Assembly: GCA_052327205.1 (NCBI GenBank)
Contig: CM126202.1
Span: forward strand, 176,762,001 to 176,826,000
Length of the DNA: 64,000 nt
Source of the DNA: Somniosus microcephalus
Taxonomy: Eukaryota
Direction: 5' to 3'
Made by a program: the position numbers and the translations under genes. The first letter of the stretch is position 1. Each line of letters starts with the position of its first letter. Positions 13,295 through 25,700 of the stretch are shown here, piece after piece. The notes beneath the pieces were generated by a model. That model was not told the origin of the DNA. It ran no database searches and saw only the letters and a program-made list of their open reading frames with translations.

Positions 13295-13870
13295 TATATG
13301 CTGGCAAACACTGAGATCTCAATGAAGGCAAAGATAATTGCTAAGCTCTGGCCTGAGCCAAAAATATCTGTCCTAGTGTTGGGCCAAAGCAGTAAGCTCT
13401 CCTCCTTGGTCTCTCTCCAAAAAACCGTTGCACAAGAGTGAATGCTGCAAAATGGCTGGCCTTTATAGTGCAGGGTAAGTGCCCTTTAATTTGCGCTCCC
13501 CGCGGCCCGCCTCGGCTGTGTAACGTTCCACTTCACAGTCGTTAGGGCCGCCCGGCGCACAATGGGGCGGCGCGAGTGAAGTTCCGGTTCCGGGCGCACA
13601 AAGGGCGTTGCACGACGAAATGACGTCATGATCTGCGCGCGCAGCAGGGCGCGCGCTAAGACTTTGCGCCGGCGCTAAATGTCTACTGAAGTTGGGGCGA
13701 GGCGCAGATCGCGCTGCGCCTGGGCGCTAAGCGCCTAGCGCTCGAGATCTACTCCTCCTAAGGCGCTAACGGCTGGCGCGCCCAACTGAATTTCTAGGCC
13801 TTTATCTTTTTATTCAAGACTACAGTCATTTTAATAGCTGTGTAACAACAACCATCTATAAACTAAGAAG

Positions 13871-13994
13871 TAAGGTTTGACTATAATTGGTGTTTTGCAA
13901 ATACAGTATAATACGGATGCTGCCTGGCCTGCTGAGTATTTCCAGCATTTTCTGTTGTTATTTCAGATTTCCAGTATCTGCAGTATTTTGCAAT
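13871..13994 (+). mobile_element. Very short 5'-truncated Penelope insertion with a 14-bp TSD
   Basis: Penelope 3' end at about 13914-13991. TATAAACTAAGAAG is duplicated at 13857-13870 and 13995-14008. Confidence 0.8.
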
Positions 13995-14039
13995 TATAAA
14001 CTAAGAAGCTAAGTTTGAAGGATCTATCCAAAACAATAT

Positions 14040-17000
14040 TGTAAAGTCTGTGGGTTGTGCAGTTAATAAATACACAGACTTCAGAAGTAACAAACAAACA
14101 GATCTTTACTATTCGAAGGTCAGGGCGAATCTGCCCCAGCAATCCTGCCACAACACTTATATACTGGTGTGGTCACTATCGCTATTACAGTATACAGAAG
14201 CCACAAAGTAGTGCCACCCCTAAAGTAGTTCTCTTAAAGGTGAACGGTTACATACAATGGTTTCCTTAAAGGTAAACGGGTACATACACTACAATCCTCC
14301 CTTTTTAGCTTTCAACATACGAAGTCCATAGTGAACATATATTCTAGCATATATACAGGTTTATGTAAGACAGTTCATAGATTCAGTCTTTCTGGGGGTT
14401 TCCGGATTCTGTCCGGATAACGTCGCAGTGGTGTCGTCATTTCAGGCGGGCTAGGAGGTGCTTCTGGCAAGGTCGATTCGGCTTGAAAAGCCGTGTCAGG
14501 TTCAGCTGACTCCAGTATTATTAGATCGGAAGTAGGTGTTCTGGGTATCTCAGTCTCAACCTTACCCGGATGAGGTGGTGAAGTCGGTTGCCCATTTGTG
14601 GCGGACCCTATGATTTGGTCAACATGGCGCCTTATTATATTGTCTCCAATGTCCACGGTGTACATCAACGGCCCCAGCCTTTTCCCAATAGTTCCAGGCT
14701 GCCATTTCTCAGTACGGTAGTCCCGGGCCAAAACTCGTTGACCGATCTGGAAAGATCTAGTGACCCTGTCGTTCATGCCCTGGAATTGTCGGTTCTCTAC
14801 GTCTCTTCTGACATTTGGTTTTAGTAAATCCAGCCGGCATCTATTACAAAACATCATTGCGGGAGTTTGATTTTTGACCGCATGTGTTGCATTTCGGTAT
14901 GCCAACAAAAAGCTAGCCACCTTATGTTGTAGACTTATGTTTTCATTACTCATGGCCTTTACGGCCTTCTTGAAGGTCTGGACAAACCTTTCAGCCAATC
15001 CATTGGAGGCGGGATGGTATGGGGCTGACGTGTAATGTTTAACCCCATTGCACTTTAAGAATTTTTTTAATTCTTCGGACACAAATTGTGGTCCATTATC
15101 AGAACAGATCTGTTCCGGCAGGCCATTCCGAGCAAACATAGTCCTTAACACTGTGATGGTTTTTTTCCGTCGTGGCGGTGGTCATGTTAATTACTTCCGG
15201 CCACTTGGAGTGGGCATCCACCGCTATTAGGAACATCGAGTCCATAAATGGACCAGCAAAGTCGATGTGTACTCTTTGCCAAGGTGATGAGGGCCACTCC
15301 CATGGATGCAGAGGAGCCTGGGGTGGTGCGTTCTGAACCCTCTGACATCCTAGGCAGTTCTTCGTGATCTCCTCTATGTCTCCATCAATGCCTGGCCACC
15401 ACACAAACGCTCTTGCTAGATTCTTCATCTTTACTCCACCCAGATGTCCTTCGTGCAGCTCCTCTAGCACTTTCTTTTGGAGTTTGGGTGGAATCACCAC
15501 TCTAGATCCACACATCAGGGTTCCTCGACACACTGACAGTTGTTCTTTCCTCTGTGCAAATGCTTGCAGTGTTGGTTCGCTCTGTGCTGGCCATCCCTCC
15601 ACCGTTACATCATAGACTCGTGAAAGAGTCGGGTCATTCCTTGTCTCATTCTCAATCATTGAGTTTGTTATCGGTAAACACTCCACTATGGATGAGTGGA
15701 ACAACTCTACTGGGTCCACTATACTCGCTTCTTCTACCATCGGCAATGGCAAGCGTGACAACCCATCAGCATTTCCATGCTGTTTAGACCTTTTGTACTC
15801 AATTTCGTATTGGTGTGCCCCAAGTAACACGGACCACCTTTGTAACCTTTGTGCTGTCATGGTGGAAACGGCCTTATTTGGGTTGAATATGGACACCAAC
15901 GGCTGGTGGTCTGTCAGCAATGTGAACTTTTTACATTGTAGGTAATGGTTGAATTTCTTCACGCCCCACACAAGACTGAGGGCCTCCCTATCTATTTGGG
16001 CGTAATTTCGCTCCGCGGGTGTCAATGATCAGGACGCGAAAGCCACTGGCCTTTCCGAGCCATTTGGTAGCCTGTGCGAGAGTACTGCCCCAATTCCGTA
16101 CGGGGAAGCATCGCAAGCTAGACGAAGGGGTAATGCTGGGTTGAAATGAGCCAGCACTTCTTCAGAGGTAATCAACTCCTTGCTTCTGCGAAAAGCCTTT
16201 TTGCATTCTTCACTCCACTTCCATGGTGTTTCTTTCCGCAACAGGTCATTCAGCGGATGCAGCACCGTGGATAAATTTGGCAGAAACTTGTGATAGTAAT
16301 TAATCAACCCCAAGAATGATCTTAACTGTGAGACGTTTCCTGGAGCGGGGGCCTTCACGACCGCTTCTATCTTTTCAGGTGACTTATGCAGTCCCTCTCG
16401 GTCAATGACATGACCGCAGTATGAGATCCGTTTTTGGAAGAACTCACACTTCTTGCGATTAACCCGAAGGCCATACTCCTTCAACCTGGTGAGTACCAGT
16501 TTCAAATTCGTGAGGTGTTCTTCCTCATCTTTTCCCGTGATTAAAATGTCATCTAAGTAGCACTGCGTGCTTGGAATTCCTTGTAACACCTGTTCCATGG
16601 CCCTCTGCCAAATTGCTGGCGCCGAAGCTACCCCAAAGACCAGTCTATTGTAGCGATACAAGCCTCTGTGAGTGTTGATGGTGAGGTACTGGCGTGACTC
16701 TTCCTCGACCTCCATCTGTAGATATGCTTGAGCCAGATCTATTTTCGTGAAATGCTTCCCTCCAGCCAACGAAGCAAAGATATCTTCAATCCGCGGAAGC
16801 GGGTATTGTACCGTGTGAAGCACCGGATTCACAGTAATCTTGAAATCTCCGCAGATACGGACCTTCCCCGGTCCCCCTGGCTTATTACTTGGTGAGGACT
16901 TCATGACGGGAACAATGGGCGTGGCCCACTCACTCCAGTCCACTTTTGACAGAACCCCTGATCGTTCAAGTTCTTCCAGTTCTGCCTCCACAGCTGGTCG

Positions 17001-19590
17001 TATTGCGTAAGGTACCGATCTGGCCTTAAAAAACTTTGGGCTTGCATTTTCTGCAATCTTAACCTTTGCTTTAATTCCTCGCAGTGTTCCCAGTCCTTGC
17101 TGGAATACCTCCTTAGCTTCGTCCAATATTCTGGACAACCGTTCAGGTTTGACATCCTCTTTTTCGGAATCCACCGTCATGGTGTTTGGTGACTGCCAGT
17201 CCAACTTTATTTTTCGGATCCACTCCCGCCCCAGAAGTGGTGGTCCTCCCTCAGGCAATACATACAGGTCCAACCGGTGATGATCTTTATCCTTGTATCT
17301 CACCTTGACTTCTATCTTTCCGATGGGGAATACTTTGTGCCCCGTATATGTCTGTAGTACTAGTTCCGTATCCCGTAGTGGAATATGCTTGAAAATGTTT
17401 TTGTAGTCATGCTTATTCATGACCGTCAACGCCGATCCGGTGTCCACTTCCATTTTTACTTGGACCTTTGCAATCTGTAGCGTTATCCAGATAGTTTGTC
17501 GGTCAGCTTCATTGCTCACGTTGTGAATTCTCAGACTGTCCAGTCCTTTGCATTTGGAGTGTGAGACCGACTTCTGTTCCCTCAGACTCTTCTTAGTCAC
17601 CTCTTGCACCTTTCCGTACCATTTTTGGGGTGACTCCTTATTGTTGTACGTTGCTCCTGACCGGCATACCTTAGCTATGTGCCCGATCTTGCCACATTTC
17701 CTGCATTCTTGGTTTTTAAACCAGCATTGATTCTGGTCGTGTGTTGTCTTCCCACAACGGTAGCATTTTATTGTGCTTGAAGTAATTTGGTCCACCCCTA
17801 GTGCCGCCGCCTTTAGCTGCATTTCCGCCGTTCCTTTCGCTGCGGCTTCGTGCGATGCAGCTATGAGGACAGCCCTGTCCCGTGTGAGGTCATTTTCTTC
17901 CAGTAGTCGCTTCTGCGTTCCTTCTTTGGACAATCCGCATACGAACTTGTCACGCAGTGCCTCTGTCAGATTCCCTCCGAACTGGCAGTATTTCGCTAGC
18001 CTACGCAGTTCGACCAAGTATTCCGCATTGCTTTCGTCTTTCCTCTGCGTTCTTGCGTAGAATTTGAATCGTTCAGCCAGCATCAACGGTGTGGGGTTCA
18101 AGTGATCCTTCAGCACTGCTACCATATCATCGAAAGTCTGATCTGCCGGTTTAGCTGGTGAGAGAAGACGCTTCAACAACCCGAATGTTTTCGCACCCAT
18201 CATGTTAAGTAAGGTTAAAGCTTTTTCATCCTTAGCTATTTTGTTAGCCTTACAATGTATCTCAATACGTTCTACGTACGTGGCCCAGTCTTCTATCCCC
18301 GAATTGAACTCGTTGATGTCCGCCCACTTAGGCATCTTCCTTTCCTTGGGTACAACAAAAGTATTTCTTTAAGTATTCTTATTTATTTGTTTATTTCTAA
18401 GATGGCGGTTTTCCCGCGAAAATGGCGGTTTCCCGCTCTTTCCTTCTCGCCCCGCCCACTTCAATGGCGGTTTCCCGCTTCTGTCGTCTTCTCCGCCTAA
18501 TGGCGGCTTCCCGCGTTTCTTCCCGGTGGAAGGGGTACGCATCCCCCACAGCGGACAGGTTCAGCCTCTGGGCTGGCTTCCGCACAGCTCCCCTTACTCG
18601 GCTCTGTCTTTTCCTCCCGCCCGCACGGCTCTACCGGCGCTGGGTACACCCCGTTAACGGAGGACAGTTCAGCCGCTGGACTGGCTCTCGCGCAGTCTCT
18701 CTCTCCGTACCCGGCTCTGTCGCTCTCTCTCCCGCACGTTCGGTTCCACCGGCTCTGGGTACCCCGTTGGTGGAGAACAGCTCAGCCGCTGGACTGGCTC
18801 TCGCGCAGTCTCTCTCCCCTTGCTCGGCTCTGTCTCTCTCTCCCACCCGCACGGTTCCTGTTCGCCTCCCAGCCCTCTCGCAGACCGGTGTTTCCCTCCC
18901 CGGCTGCGGCTGGGTTTCTCTTCCCGCGCCTACTCCCAGTCTCAGCGCTTCGTGGCTGCGGTCGCTGCCCGGCTTTTCCCGCCGATCGAGTTCCGACTGT
19001 CTCACGACGCCGTTGGACCCGACTTTCTGACCGGCTCCGTTCCCCCTCGACCGTGGTCGAGTGCACAGCCCGTATCCTCCGGATTTCGTTACACTTTCCC
19101 CTACTCACAGTCTCCGCGGCCGCCTTGTTTCCAGCTGATCGGCTCACTCCGCACCGTGATAGAAGGGTAGTCAGTGCCTGTTGCAGATGGAAGCTTTTGT
19201 TGCTAAAGTCTTCCTCCTTCCTCCTGCTGCAGCCCCGTGTTTTCTTTCAGCAGCACGACGAGGGCGGTTGCCTCTCTTCGACGCTCTTCGTTGCTTTGGT
19301 AGTCTTGCCGCAGGGTACGATCGGACTCGTCGCCACTGTAAAGTCTGTGGGTTGTGCAGTTAATAAATACACAGACTTCAGAAGTAACAAACAAACAGGT
19401 CTTTATTTTTCGAAGGTCAGGGCGAATCTGCCCCAGCAATCCTGCCACTACACTTATATACTGGTGTGGTCACTATCGGTATTACAGTATACAGAAGCCA
19501 CAAAGTAGTGCCGCCCCTAAAGTAGTTCTCTTAAAGGTGAACGGTTACATACAATGGTTTCCTTAAAGGTAAACGGGTACATACACTACA
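14040..19590 (-). mobile_element. Gypsy LTR retrotransposon A (Mag-like), full length
   Basis: 254-bp TG..CA LTRs at 14040-14293 and 19337-19590 (6 mismatches by eye). TSD AATAT. PBS TGGCGACGAG (tRNA-Ser(GCU)-like) at 19326-19335. PPT AAAAGGGAGGA next to the 3' LTR. Confidence 0.97.
14375..18335 (-). pseudogene. gag-pol of Gypsy A (CCHC knuckles, protease, RT, RNase H, integrase), disrupted
   Basis: Motifs VDTGS, YLDD, CDASPYG, HxxHxG..CxxC, IDFAG, SDNG and NGLAERFV. In-frame TGA at 16029 and a frameshift near 15160. Confidence 0.93.
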
Positions 19591-19801
19591 AATATATGCA
19601 AAGTAGACTTTATGTGCTCAGGCCTTTTATACAACTTAAGCTGGGAGATAATTTACATTTTACCAGCTGAGAGAGCTCAATGTGTAGAGTTTCAAAATGT
19701 TTATTTTCTTTGCTTGAGTGCCTTGGTCCAAGCTGCTAAGCTGCCTACTGAAGCTGGTGTAAGTAGGTCTGAGACAATCCAGAATGATAAGAGTATAGTG
19801 T

Positions 19802-19950
19802 ACATAGAAAAATAGGGACGAGAGTCGGCCATTCAGCCCTTCCGCCATTCAATTAGATCACGGCTGATCTGTACCTCAACTCTATTTACCCGCCTTTGCT
19901 CTGTATCCCTTGATACCCTTACCTACAAAAATCTATCTCAGTCCTGAAAG
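19802..19950 (-). mobile_element. Short CR1 3'-end fragment
   Basis: ACATAGAAAAATAGG...GGCCATTCAGCCC...CCCTTGATACCCTT resembles the 3' UTR of the CR1s at 22670 and 56066. Confidence 0.7.
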
Positions 19951-20076
19951 TGTCATATGTTTACATCTCATTCCTCTGCTGAATCCATTGAAATAGCATG
20001 ATTCCAAGAGTAAATGCTGAAGATTATCCTCTTGTAGCATCTTGACCCTATGTATCCTGCCTGTATTTATATTATA

Positions 20077-22048
20077 CTAGCTGAACTGCCCGGCGGTGCC
20101 GAGGCTTTTTCGAGGGAATGTTGTTGTTGGAAGAGAGAGAGAGAGCGACTGGGGGGAAGAGAGAGAGCGACTGGGGGGAAGAGAGAGAGCGACTGGGGGG
20201 GAAGAGGGGGGGGAAGGGGAGGGGGGGAAGGGGAGGGGGGGAAGGGGAGGGGGGAAGGGGGAAGGGGAGGGGGAGGGGGGTAGGGGAGGGGGGAGGGGAG
20301 GGGGGAGAGGATGGAGGGGATGGGGGGAAGGGGGGGAGGGGGGGAAGGGGGGAAGGGGAGGGGGAAGGGGGGAAAGGGGAGGGTGGAAGGGGGGGAAAGG
20401 GGAGCGGGAAGGGGGGGAGGGGGAAGGGGGGAAGGGGAGGTGGGGGANNNNNNNNNNNNNNNNNNNNNNNNNNNNNNNNNNNNNNNNNNNNNNNNNNNNN
20501 NNNNNNNNNNNNNNNNNNNNNNNNNNNNNNNNNNNNNNNNNNNNNNNNNNNNNNNNNNNNNNNNNNNNNNNNNNNNNNNNNNNNNNNNNNNNNNNNNNNN
20601 NNNNNNNNNNNNNNNNNNNNNNNNNNNNNNNNNNNNNNNNNNNNNNNNNNNNNNNNNNNNNNNNNNNNNCCGAGCCCCCTGATCCCCGAGGCTCACCCCC
20701 CGAACTCCCGAGCCCCCTGATCCCCGAGGCTCGCCCCCCCCGAACTCCCGAGCCTCCTGATCCCCGAGGCTCGCCCCCCCCCCCACCGAACTCCCGAGCC
20801 CCCTGATCCCTGCCCTCTGAGGCTCACCCTGGCACCCCCCACCAACCCCACCCCACCCCACCACCGAACCCCGGAGGCCCGATCTTCCGAGCACCGGCCC
20901 CCCGCCCTCCGGAGCCCCGCCCTCCCGAGCTGGCTTCAAGACCGCCGATTGCGGCTGTGAGAGACGGCCGGCGGGCCCGGTTGCCGGGGTAACCCTTCCC
21001 GCTCACCAAGCCCCGGCCGAGATCCGCACTCCCGAGAGCCCCGCCCGAGCCGAGCGGGGAACAGAGAGACGCCGCGTCTCAGCTGCTCCTGTTGCGCGCG
21101 CACCCTGACCCTCGTGGCTGACGCCGTTGCCCCGGCCGGCGGGCCCGGTTGCCGGGGTAACCCTTCCTGCTCACCAAGCCCCAGCCAAGATCCGCACTCC
21201 CGAGAGCCCCGCCGCCCCCCCCGCCCGAGCCGAGCGGGGAACAGAGAAACGCCGCGTCTCAGCTGCACCTGCTGCGCGCGCACCCTGACCCTCGTGGCTG
21301 ACGCCATTGCCCCGGGTAACGTGACACGGGGGGGGGCGGTGAGGAGCTTAGCAGAAGCCGTGGGACAATTACCTAGCTCGGGCCTGGCTGGGCAAGAAAG
21401 GCCCAGGCTTTCAGGCCTAACAAAAACGGGGAAAGGTAGGAAAAAGAATCTTCAGGTTAGAGAAAATATTTATAAATGAATCTAGTTTTTTTTAAAACAA
21501 TTTAATAAAAGCAATTTTATTTTGATGGAAATGTATATTTGAAAAGAAAGACGCAGAAAGCAGGAAAAAGAATGGAAGCAAGATGGCGGCTACTCACCTC
21601 GGTTCAGAACGATAAGGCCCGCCCACACACGCACCGATTGGTCGACCGTTAGGTCACCAAAGCGTAGGATTGGTCAATCGTCCCGTCACTCGACCGTAGG
21701 AGGGCCCGGCCGCACGCGCCAGCAACCCGGCGTGCGATTGGTCGACCTCGAGGTCACTCTGTCGCTAATGAGCGGATAATGAGATGCTAATGAGCGGAAT
21801 GTTGAAGGTTTTTCGGATACCGCGGGCGCAATTTTTGCCCGGCTGAAACGTAAATACGCTTAAGACCATTTTGGAAAGGTAAGCTTTCTTTCGACGTAAC
21901 GCACGCATAGGTACCCTCTATAACTTTCGAGCGCATACCAGACAGACGCACACGTGAGGACAGACAGAAGGACAGACAGACAGAAGGACAGACAGAAGGA
22001 CAGACAGAAGGACAGACAGAAAGAAGCATCCGTTTATATATATATAGA
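20077..22048 (-). mobile_element. Non-autonomous Helitron
   Basis: Minus strand starts 5'-TCTATATATATAT (22048), followed by a TCTG-type microsatellite. It ends CTAG-3' (20077-20080) after a GC hairpin GCCCGGCGGTGCCGAGGC (20088-20105). Inserted between A and T with no TSD. Confidence 0.8.
20131..20810. repeat. G/A-rich low-complexity tract, assembly gap (N 20448-20669) and about 36-bp C-rich tandem repeats
   Basis: Seen directly; the units read CCGAGCCCCCTGATCCCCGAGGCTC...CCGAACTC. Confidence 0.9.
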
Positions 22049-22244
22049 TGCTGTGGAGCTGAACATTTTGGGAAATATTTTAAATTCTTTGCATTTTGTC
22101 CCTCTGTTTTGGGTAATATATAAAATGCAATTTTTTGCGGCACTAGGTTACTTTGCGTAGATGTGATTCAGATGGAAATAAGAGAGAGATCTAAATGCTT
22201 CTAATTGAGGAAGTTCTGAGAAAAGCCGATCTGATCTTATAGTT

Positions 22245-22312
22245 ATTGGCTGTAAAGCACTTTGGGATGTCCTGAGGTCGTGCAAGGTGCTCTATAAATG
22301 CAAGTCTGTCTG
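22245..22312 (+). mobile_element. L2-tailed SINE (DeuSINE/SacSINE-like) 3' fragment
   Basis: GTAAAGCACTTTGGGATGTCCTGAGG...CTATAAATGCAAGTC; a reverse-orientation homologue lies at about 61440-61520. Confidence 0.55.
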
Positions 22313-22769
22313 TTCTCATTGAGTGTGACTATTGATGCCAAGACAATGATAGATGGTGCACTGAATTGTCATGAGTTCAGAACAGACCAGTAGGATCAAG
22401 AATACAGCCATAAGTCGTTTTATTTCATTACTGAGTGTGAAGCATTGTTGTCAACACCCGTGAAGAACAACATTCCAGCAGTAATAATCAGTAATGTTCA
22501 TCATGGGATATCTTCCAACCTCCGCTCGTTACCAAGAGCAAGACAGAAACTAACAACATACCAACTTAATATATGCAGAAAACATTTTTAAGACAGATAC
22601 AAGTAGGAGAAAGGTTAATGGACTGAAAATCGAGTGGGCGCTATATAAATAAAAGTTGTTGTTGTTAAACATAGAAACATAGAAACATAGAAGATAGGAG
22701 CAGGAGTAGGCCATTCGGCCCTTCGATCCTGCTCCGCCATTCAATGAGATCATGGCTGATCATCCAAAT

Positions 22770-25700
22770 TCAGTACCCTGTCCCTGCCTTCTCCCCATAT
22801 CCCTTGATCCCTTTAGCCTTAAGAAATATATCCAACTCTTTTTTGAATATATTTAATGAACTGGCCTCCACCGCCCTCTGTGGCAGAGAATTCCACAGGT
22901 TCACCACTCTCTGGGTGAAGAAATTCCTCCTCATTTCAGTCCTAAATGGCTTACCCCTTATCCTTAGACTATGACCCCTGGTTCTGGACTCCCCGGCCAT
23001 CATAAACATCCTTCCTGCATCTAGTCTGTTCAGGCCTGACAGAATTTTATAGGTATCGATGAGATCCCCTCTCAATCTTCTAAACTCCAGTGAGTATAAG
23101 CCCAATCGACACAATCTCTCCTCATACGTCATTCCTGCCATCCCAGGTATCAGCCTGGTGAATCTTCGCTGCACTCCTTCCATGGCAAGCACGTCCTTCC
23201 TCAGGTAAGGCGACCAAAACTGCACACAATACTCAAGGTGCGGTCTCACCAAGGCCCTGTACAACTGTAGCAAGACATCTTTGTTCCTGTACTCGAACCC
23301 TCTTGCTACGAAGGCCAACATACCGTTTACCTTCTTAACCGCCTGCTGCACCTGCATGCTTACCTTCAGTGACTGGTGCATAAGAACACCCAGGTCTCGT
23401 TGCACTTCCCCTTCTCCCAATGTATTGCCATTCAAATAATAATCTGCCTTCCTGTTTTTGCCACCAAAGTGGATAACCTCACATTTACCCACATTATAGT
23501 GCATTTGCCATGTTTCTGCCCAATCACCCAACCTGTCCAAATCGTACTGGAGTTTCACGACGTCCTCCTCACAGCATACCCTCCCACCCAGCTTTGTGTC
23601 GTCTGCAAATTTGGAGATATTACATCCAATTCCCTCGTCCAGATCATGAATATATATTGTGAACAGCTGGGGTCCTAGGACCAATCCATGCGGTACCCCA
23701 CTAGTCACTGCCTGCCACTCAGAAAATGACCCGTTTATTCCAACTCTTTGCTTTCTGTCCGCCAACCAGTTCTCTATCCAAGTCAATACCTTACCCCCAA
23801 TCCCATGTGCCTTAATTTTGCTTGCTAATCTCTTATGTGGGACCTTATCGAAAGCCTTCTGAAAGTCCAAATACACCACATCCACTGGTTCTCCCTTATC
23901 TATTTTACCAGTTGCATCCTCAAAAAATTCCAGTAGATTAATCAAGCTTGATTTACCTTTTATAAATCCATGTTGACTTTGTCCGATCCTGTCACTGCTT
24001 ACCAGGTGCTCTGCTATTACATCTTTTATAATAGATTCTAGCATTTTCCCCACTACCGATGTCAGGCTTACCGGTCTATAATTCCCTGCTTTTTCTCCAC
24101 CACCTTTTTTGAATAGTGGGGTAACATTAGCTACCCCCCAATGCATGGGTACTGTTCCAGAGTCTATCGAGTTCTGGAAGATGACCAGCAATGCATCTAC
24201 TATTTCTAGGGCCACGTCCTTAAGTACCCTGGGATGTAGATTATCAGGCCCTGAGGATTTATCGGCCTTCAGTCCTGATGCGCTATCAATTACTCATAAA
24301 AGACTGAGAGTTAGAAGAGTAACTAAAGGCTTTTATTAACAACAGAATGGAGGCCTGCCTCGCGTGGTCGACCGGTCCAGGGTACAAAGGGCTGGGGAGC
24401 AGTCACCTTTATACTAGGACCTGTGGGAGGAGTCAGCCGAGGCATGTCCAGGCATGTACACAGTGGAATACAAACAGGACAAACAGGAATACAAACAGTG
24501 GTTTACCACATTCACCCCTTGTTTAAAATTGAGTCCGGCGGGGTGAAGTGTATTAAAAGTTAGTGTATTGGAGCCTCTCCGGAGGTCTTGTCTGCCGCTG
24601 TGATCTGCGTGGCGACGGCAGGGGTAGTGAAGCTTCCGGCGTCGAGTCCAGCGTAGGCTGTGGCACAGGCGTGTCGTCCTCGTAGATGTCGAGCGGGTCG
24701 CGGGGCCCAGGCCTGCCGTCTGCTGGGGCTGGATATTGGATCGTGGGGGGGGGTGGTAGTGGGTAGTGGGTTACTGCGGCCCCCGAGGGTGCAAGGTCTC
24801 TTATGGAGACTGTGTCCTCCCGCCCGTCCGGGTATGCGATGTAAGCATACTGGGGGTTGGCGTGGAGGAGGTCGACCCTCTCGACCAGGGGGTCCGTTTT
24901 ATGGGTCCTCACGTGTCTTCTCAGTAGGACCGGCCCTGGGGACGTCAGCCATGGCGGTAGCGATGTCCCCGATGTGGACTTCCTTGGGAAGACAAACATT
25001 TTCTCATGAGGGGTGGCGTTAGTGGCAGTGCAGAGCAGTGACCGAATAGAGTGGAGCGCATCGGGGAGCACATCCTGCCAGCGGGAGGTTGGAAGGCCCC
25101 TAGACTTTAAGGCTAGCAGGACGGCCTTCCAAACTGTCGCATTTTCTCTTTCCACCTGTCCGTTCCCCCGGGGGTTGTAACTGGTGGTCCTGCTTGTGGC
25201 AATACCCCTAGTTAGCAGGTACTGACGGAGTTCGTCGCTCATAAACGATGAGCCCCGGTCGCTATGGATATAGCTCGGGAAGCCGAACAGGGTGAAGAGG
25301 TTGTTCAGACATTTAATGACCGTGGCACTGGTCATGTCCGGGCAGGGGAAGGCGAACGGGAAACGGGAGTACTCATCAATAATATTGAGGAAGTACACAT
25401 TGCGGTCGGAGGAGGGGAGAGGCCCTTTAAAATCGACGCTCAGGCGCTCGAAGGGGCGAGTGGCTTTTATCAGGTGGGCCCTGTCTGGTCTATAAAAGTG
25501 CGGTTTGCACTCAGCGCAGACTTGGCAGTTCCTGGTCATGGTCCTGACCTCCTCAATAGAGTAAGGCAGGTTGCGGGCCTTGATGAAGTGGAAGAACCTG
25601 GTGACCCCCGGGTGGCAGAGGTCATTGTGGAGGGCCCGCAGTCTATCGATCTGCGTGCTGGCGCAGGTGCCACGCGATAGCGCATCCGGGGGTTCATTTA

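Larger units (their letters stand above)
9539..13800. mobile_element. Full-length PIF/Harbinger DNA transposon (young)
   Basis: Perfect 14-bp TIRs GGCCTAGAAATTCA (9539-9552) and TGAATTTCTAGGCC (13787-13800). 3-bp TSD TTT. CpG-rich subterminal regions and two convergent genes. Confidence 0.95.

Noticed and set aside
12668-13441. 257-aa antisense ORF and similar shadow ORFs over pol genes
   Set aside because: Antisense to GC-rich coding sequence, with no recognisable motifs.
20050-20939. Long Gly/Pro-rich ORFs
   Set aside because: They arise from low-complexity G/C tracts and run through an N gap.
20670-21320. CRISPR-like array
   Set aside because: Eukaryotic context, tandem units without unique spacers, and no cas genes.
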